Positions 20,918 through 22,313 of a stretch of 22,313 nt of DNA are shown one piece after another. The DNA is taken from contig NC_057719.1 in assembly GCF_004010195.1 (NCBI RefSeq), forward strand, positions 40,747,273-40,769,585, in the 5' to 3' direction. Source of the DNA: Chiloscyllium plagiosum (taxonomy: Eukaryota). Positions within the stretch are counted from its first letter, which is position 1; every line of letters starts with the position of its first letter. The translations under genes were made by a program, and so were the position numbers. The notes under the pieces are model-generated. The model did no database searches and was not told where the DNA came from. It saw only the letters and a list, made by a program, of their open reading frames with translations.

Positions 20918-22146
20918 TGTGAAATTAATCTGATGCCCATCTAACCTACACTGTTCCATTATTATCCATATGTATGTTCAATGCTCATTTAAAAGTCCTT
21001 AATGTCAGCAAGTCTACTACTGTTGCAGGCAGGCCGTTCCACACCCTTACTACTCTCTGAGTAAAGAAACTACCCCTTATATCTGTCCTAAATCTATTAC
21101 CCTTCAATTTAAAGTTATGTCCCCTTGTGTTAGCCTTCACCATCCAAAGAAAAAGGCTCTCACTGTCCACCCTACCTAACCCTCTGATTTCTTATATGTC
21201 TCGATTAAATTACCTCTCAATCTTCTTCTCTCCAATGAAAACAGCCTCAGTTCCCTCAGCCTTTCCTTGTAAGACCTTCCTTCTATACCAAGCAACATCC
21301 TAGTAAATCTTCTCTGAACCCTTTCCAAAGCTTCCACATCCTTCCTATAAGGTGGTGACCAGAATTGTACACAATACTCCAGGTGCGGCCTTACCAGTGT
21401 CTTGTACAGCTGAAGCATGATCTCGTGGCTCCAAAACTCAATCCCCCTACCAATAAACGCCAATGCACCATATGCCTTCTTAACAACCCTATCAACCTGG
21501 GTGGTAACTTTCAGGGATTTATGTACGTGGATACCAAGATCTCTCTGTTCATCTACACTGCCAAGAATTTTACTATTAGCCCAGTACTCTGCATTCCTGT
21601 TACTTCTTCCGAAGTGAACCACCTCACACTTTTCTGCATTAACCTCCATTTGCCACTTCTCAGCCCAGCTCTGCATCTTATCTATGTCCCCCTATATCCC
21701 ACAAGATCCTTTGGCACTATCCACAAATCTGCCTACCTTAGTGTCATCTGCAAATTTACTAACCCATCCTTCTACGCCCACATCCAGATCATTTATAAAA
21801 ATGACAAACAATAATGGCGCCAAAACAGATCCTTGTGGCACACCTCTGGAAACTGAGCTCCAGGATGAACATTTCCCATCAACCAGCACCCTCTGTCTTC
21901 TTTCAGCTAGCCAATTTCTGATCCAAACCACTAAATCACCTTCAATCTCAAAACTCCATATTTTGCGCAATAGCCTACCGTATGGCACCTTATCAAATGC
22001 CTTACTGAAGTCCATATACACAACATCAACCGCTTTACCTTCATCCACCTGTTTTGTCACCTTCTCGAAGAACCCAATAAGGTTAGTTAGGCACAACCTA
22101 CCCTTCACAAAACCGTGTTGACTATCCTAAGCAAATTATTCCTTTC
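20918..22146 (-). mobile_element. CR1 LINE fragment encoding the reverse transcriptase and C-terminal region of ORF2; relatively young
   Basis: ERNNLLRDSQHGFVKGRLCLTNL, VDVVYMDFSKAFDKV, GVPQGSVLAPLLFVIFINDL, SKFADDTK, KCEVVHFG, LYKTLVRPHLEYCVQFWSP, FFTQRVVRVWNGLP. ORFs 21692..22108 and 21176..21676 share a frame split by one TAG; a frameshift near 21190 and a TGA at 20985-20987 precede the likely natural stop at 20946-20948. Confidence 0.97.
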
Positions 22147-22155
22147 CGTGCCACC

Positions 22156-22313
22156 GTGGGCGGCACGGTGGCACAGTGGTTAGCACTGCTGCCTCACAGC
22201 GCCAGAGATCCGGGTTCAATTCCCACCTCAGGCGACTGACTGTGTGGAGTTTGCACGTTCTCCCCGTGTCTGCGTGGGTTTCCTCCGGGTGCTCCGGTTT
22301 CCTCCCACAGTCC
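22156..22313 (+). mobile_element. HE1-type V-SINE, 5' half (runs off the window end)
   Basis: GTGGGCGGCACGGTGGCACAGTGGTTAGCACTGCTGCCTCACAGCGCCAGAGATCCGGGTTCAATTCC with A and B boxes and V-domain-like core; retains more CpGs than the other two copies. Confidence 0.93.

Noticed and set aside
21365..22121. Plus-strand ORFs 21365..21814, 21417..21617 and 21684..22121
   Set aside because: Antisense shadows of the minus-strand CR1 reverse transcriptase.
20918..22313. RT next to a structured RNA as a retron-, DGR- or defence-type system
   Set aside because: The RT is a standard CR1 non-LTR enzyme with inactivating lesions, and the neighbouring RNA is a common SINE.

Overview
AT-rich, repeat-littered eukaryotic non-coding DNA with no recognisable host exon, rRNA, tRNA gene, CRISPR array or prokaryotic gene. 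The repeats (HE1-type V-SINEs, CR1 LINEs, Penelope-like elements) point to a cartilaginous fish genome, most likely a shark; this is inferred from recalled repeat consensus, not from a search. Contents: four or five CR1 pieces (one nearly intact RT fragment at 20918-22146, minus strand), three HE1-type SINEs, a Penelope-like element (PLE) with GIY-YIG remnant, inverted tails and a minimal hammerhead-ribozyme motif, a second PLE tail, older SINE and LINE relics, and two decayed intron-containing Myb/SANT-like genes of the PIF/Harbinger accessory type that the ORF track misses. One Myb/SANT gene is split by the PLE; the other lies in a ~4 kb element where I find no transposase. Most ORF-track ORFs are spurious or antisense shadows of these repeats. 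I see no convincing wholly new biological system; the best leads are the nested Harbinger/PLE/ribozyme structure, the Myb-only Harbinger-like element and two chimeric retroposon junctions.
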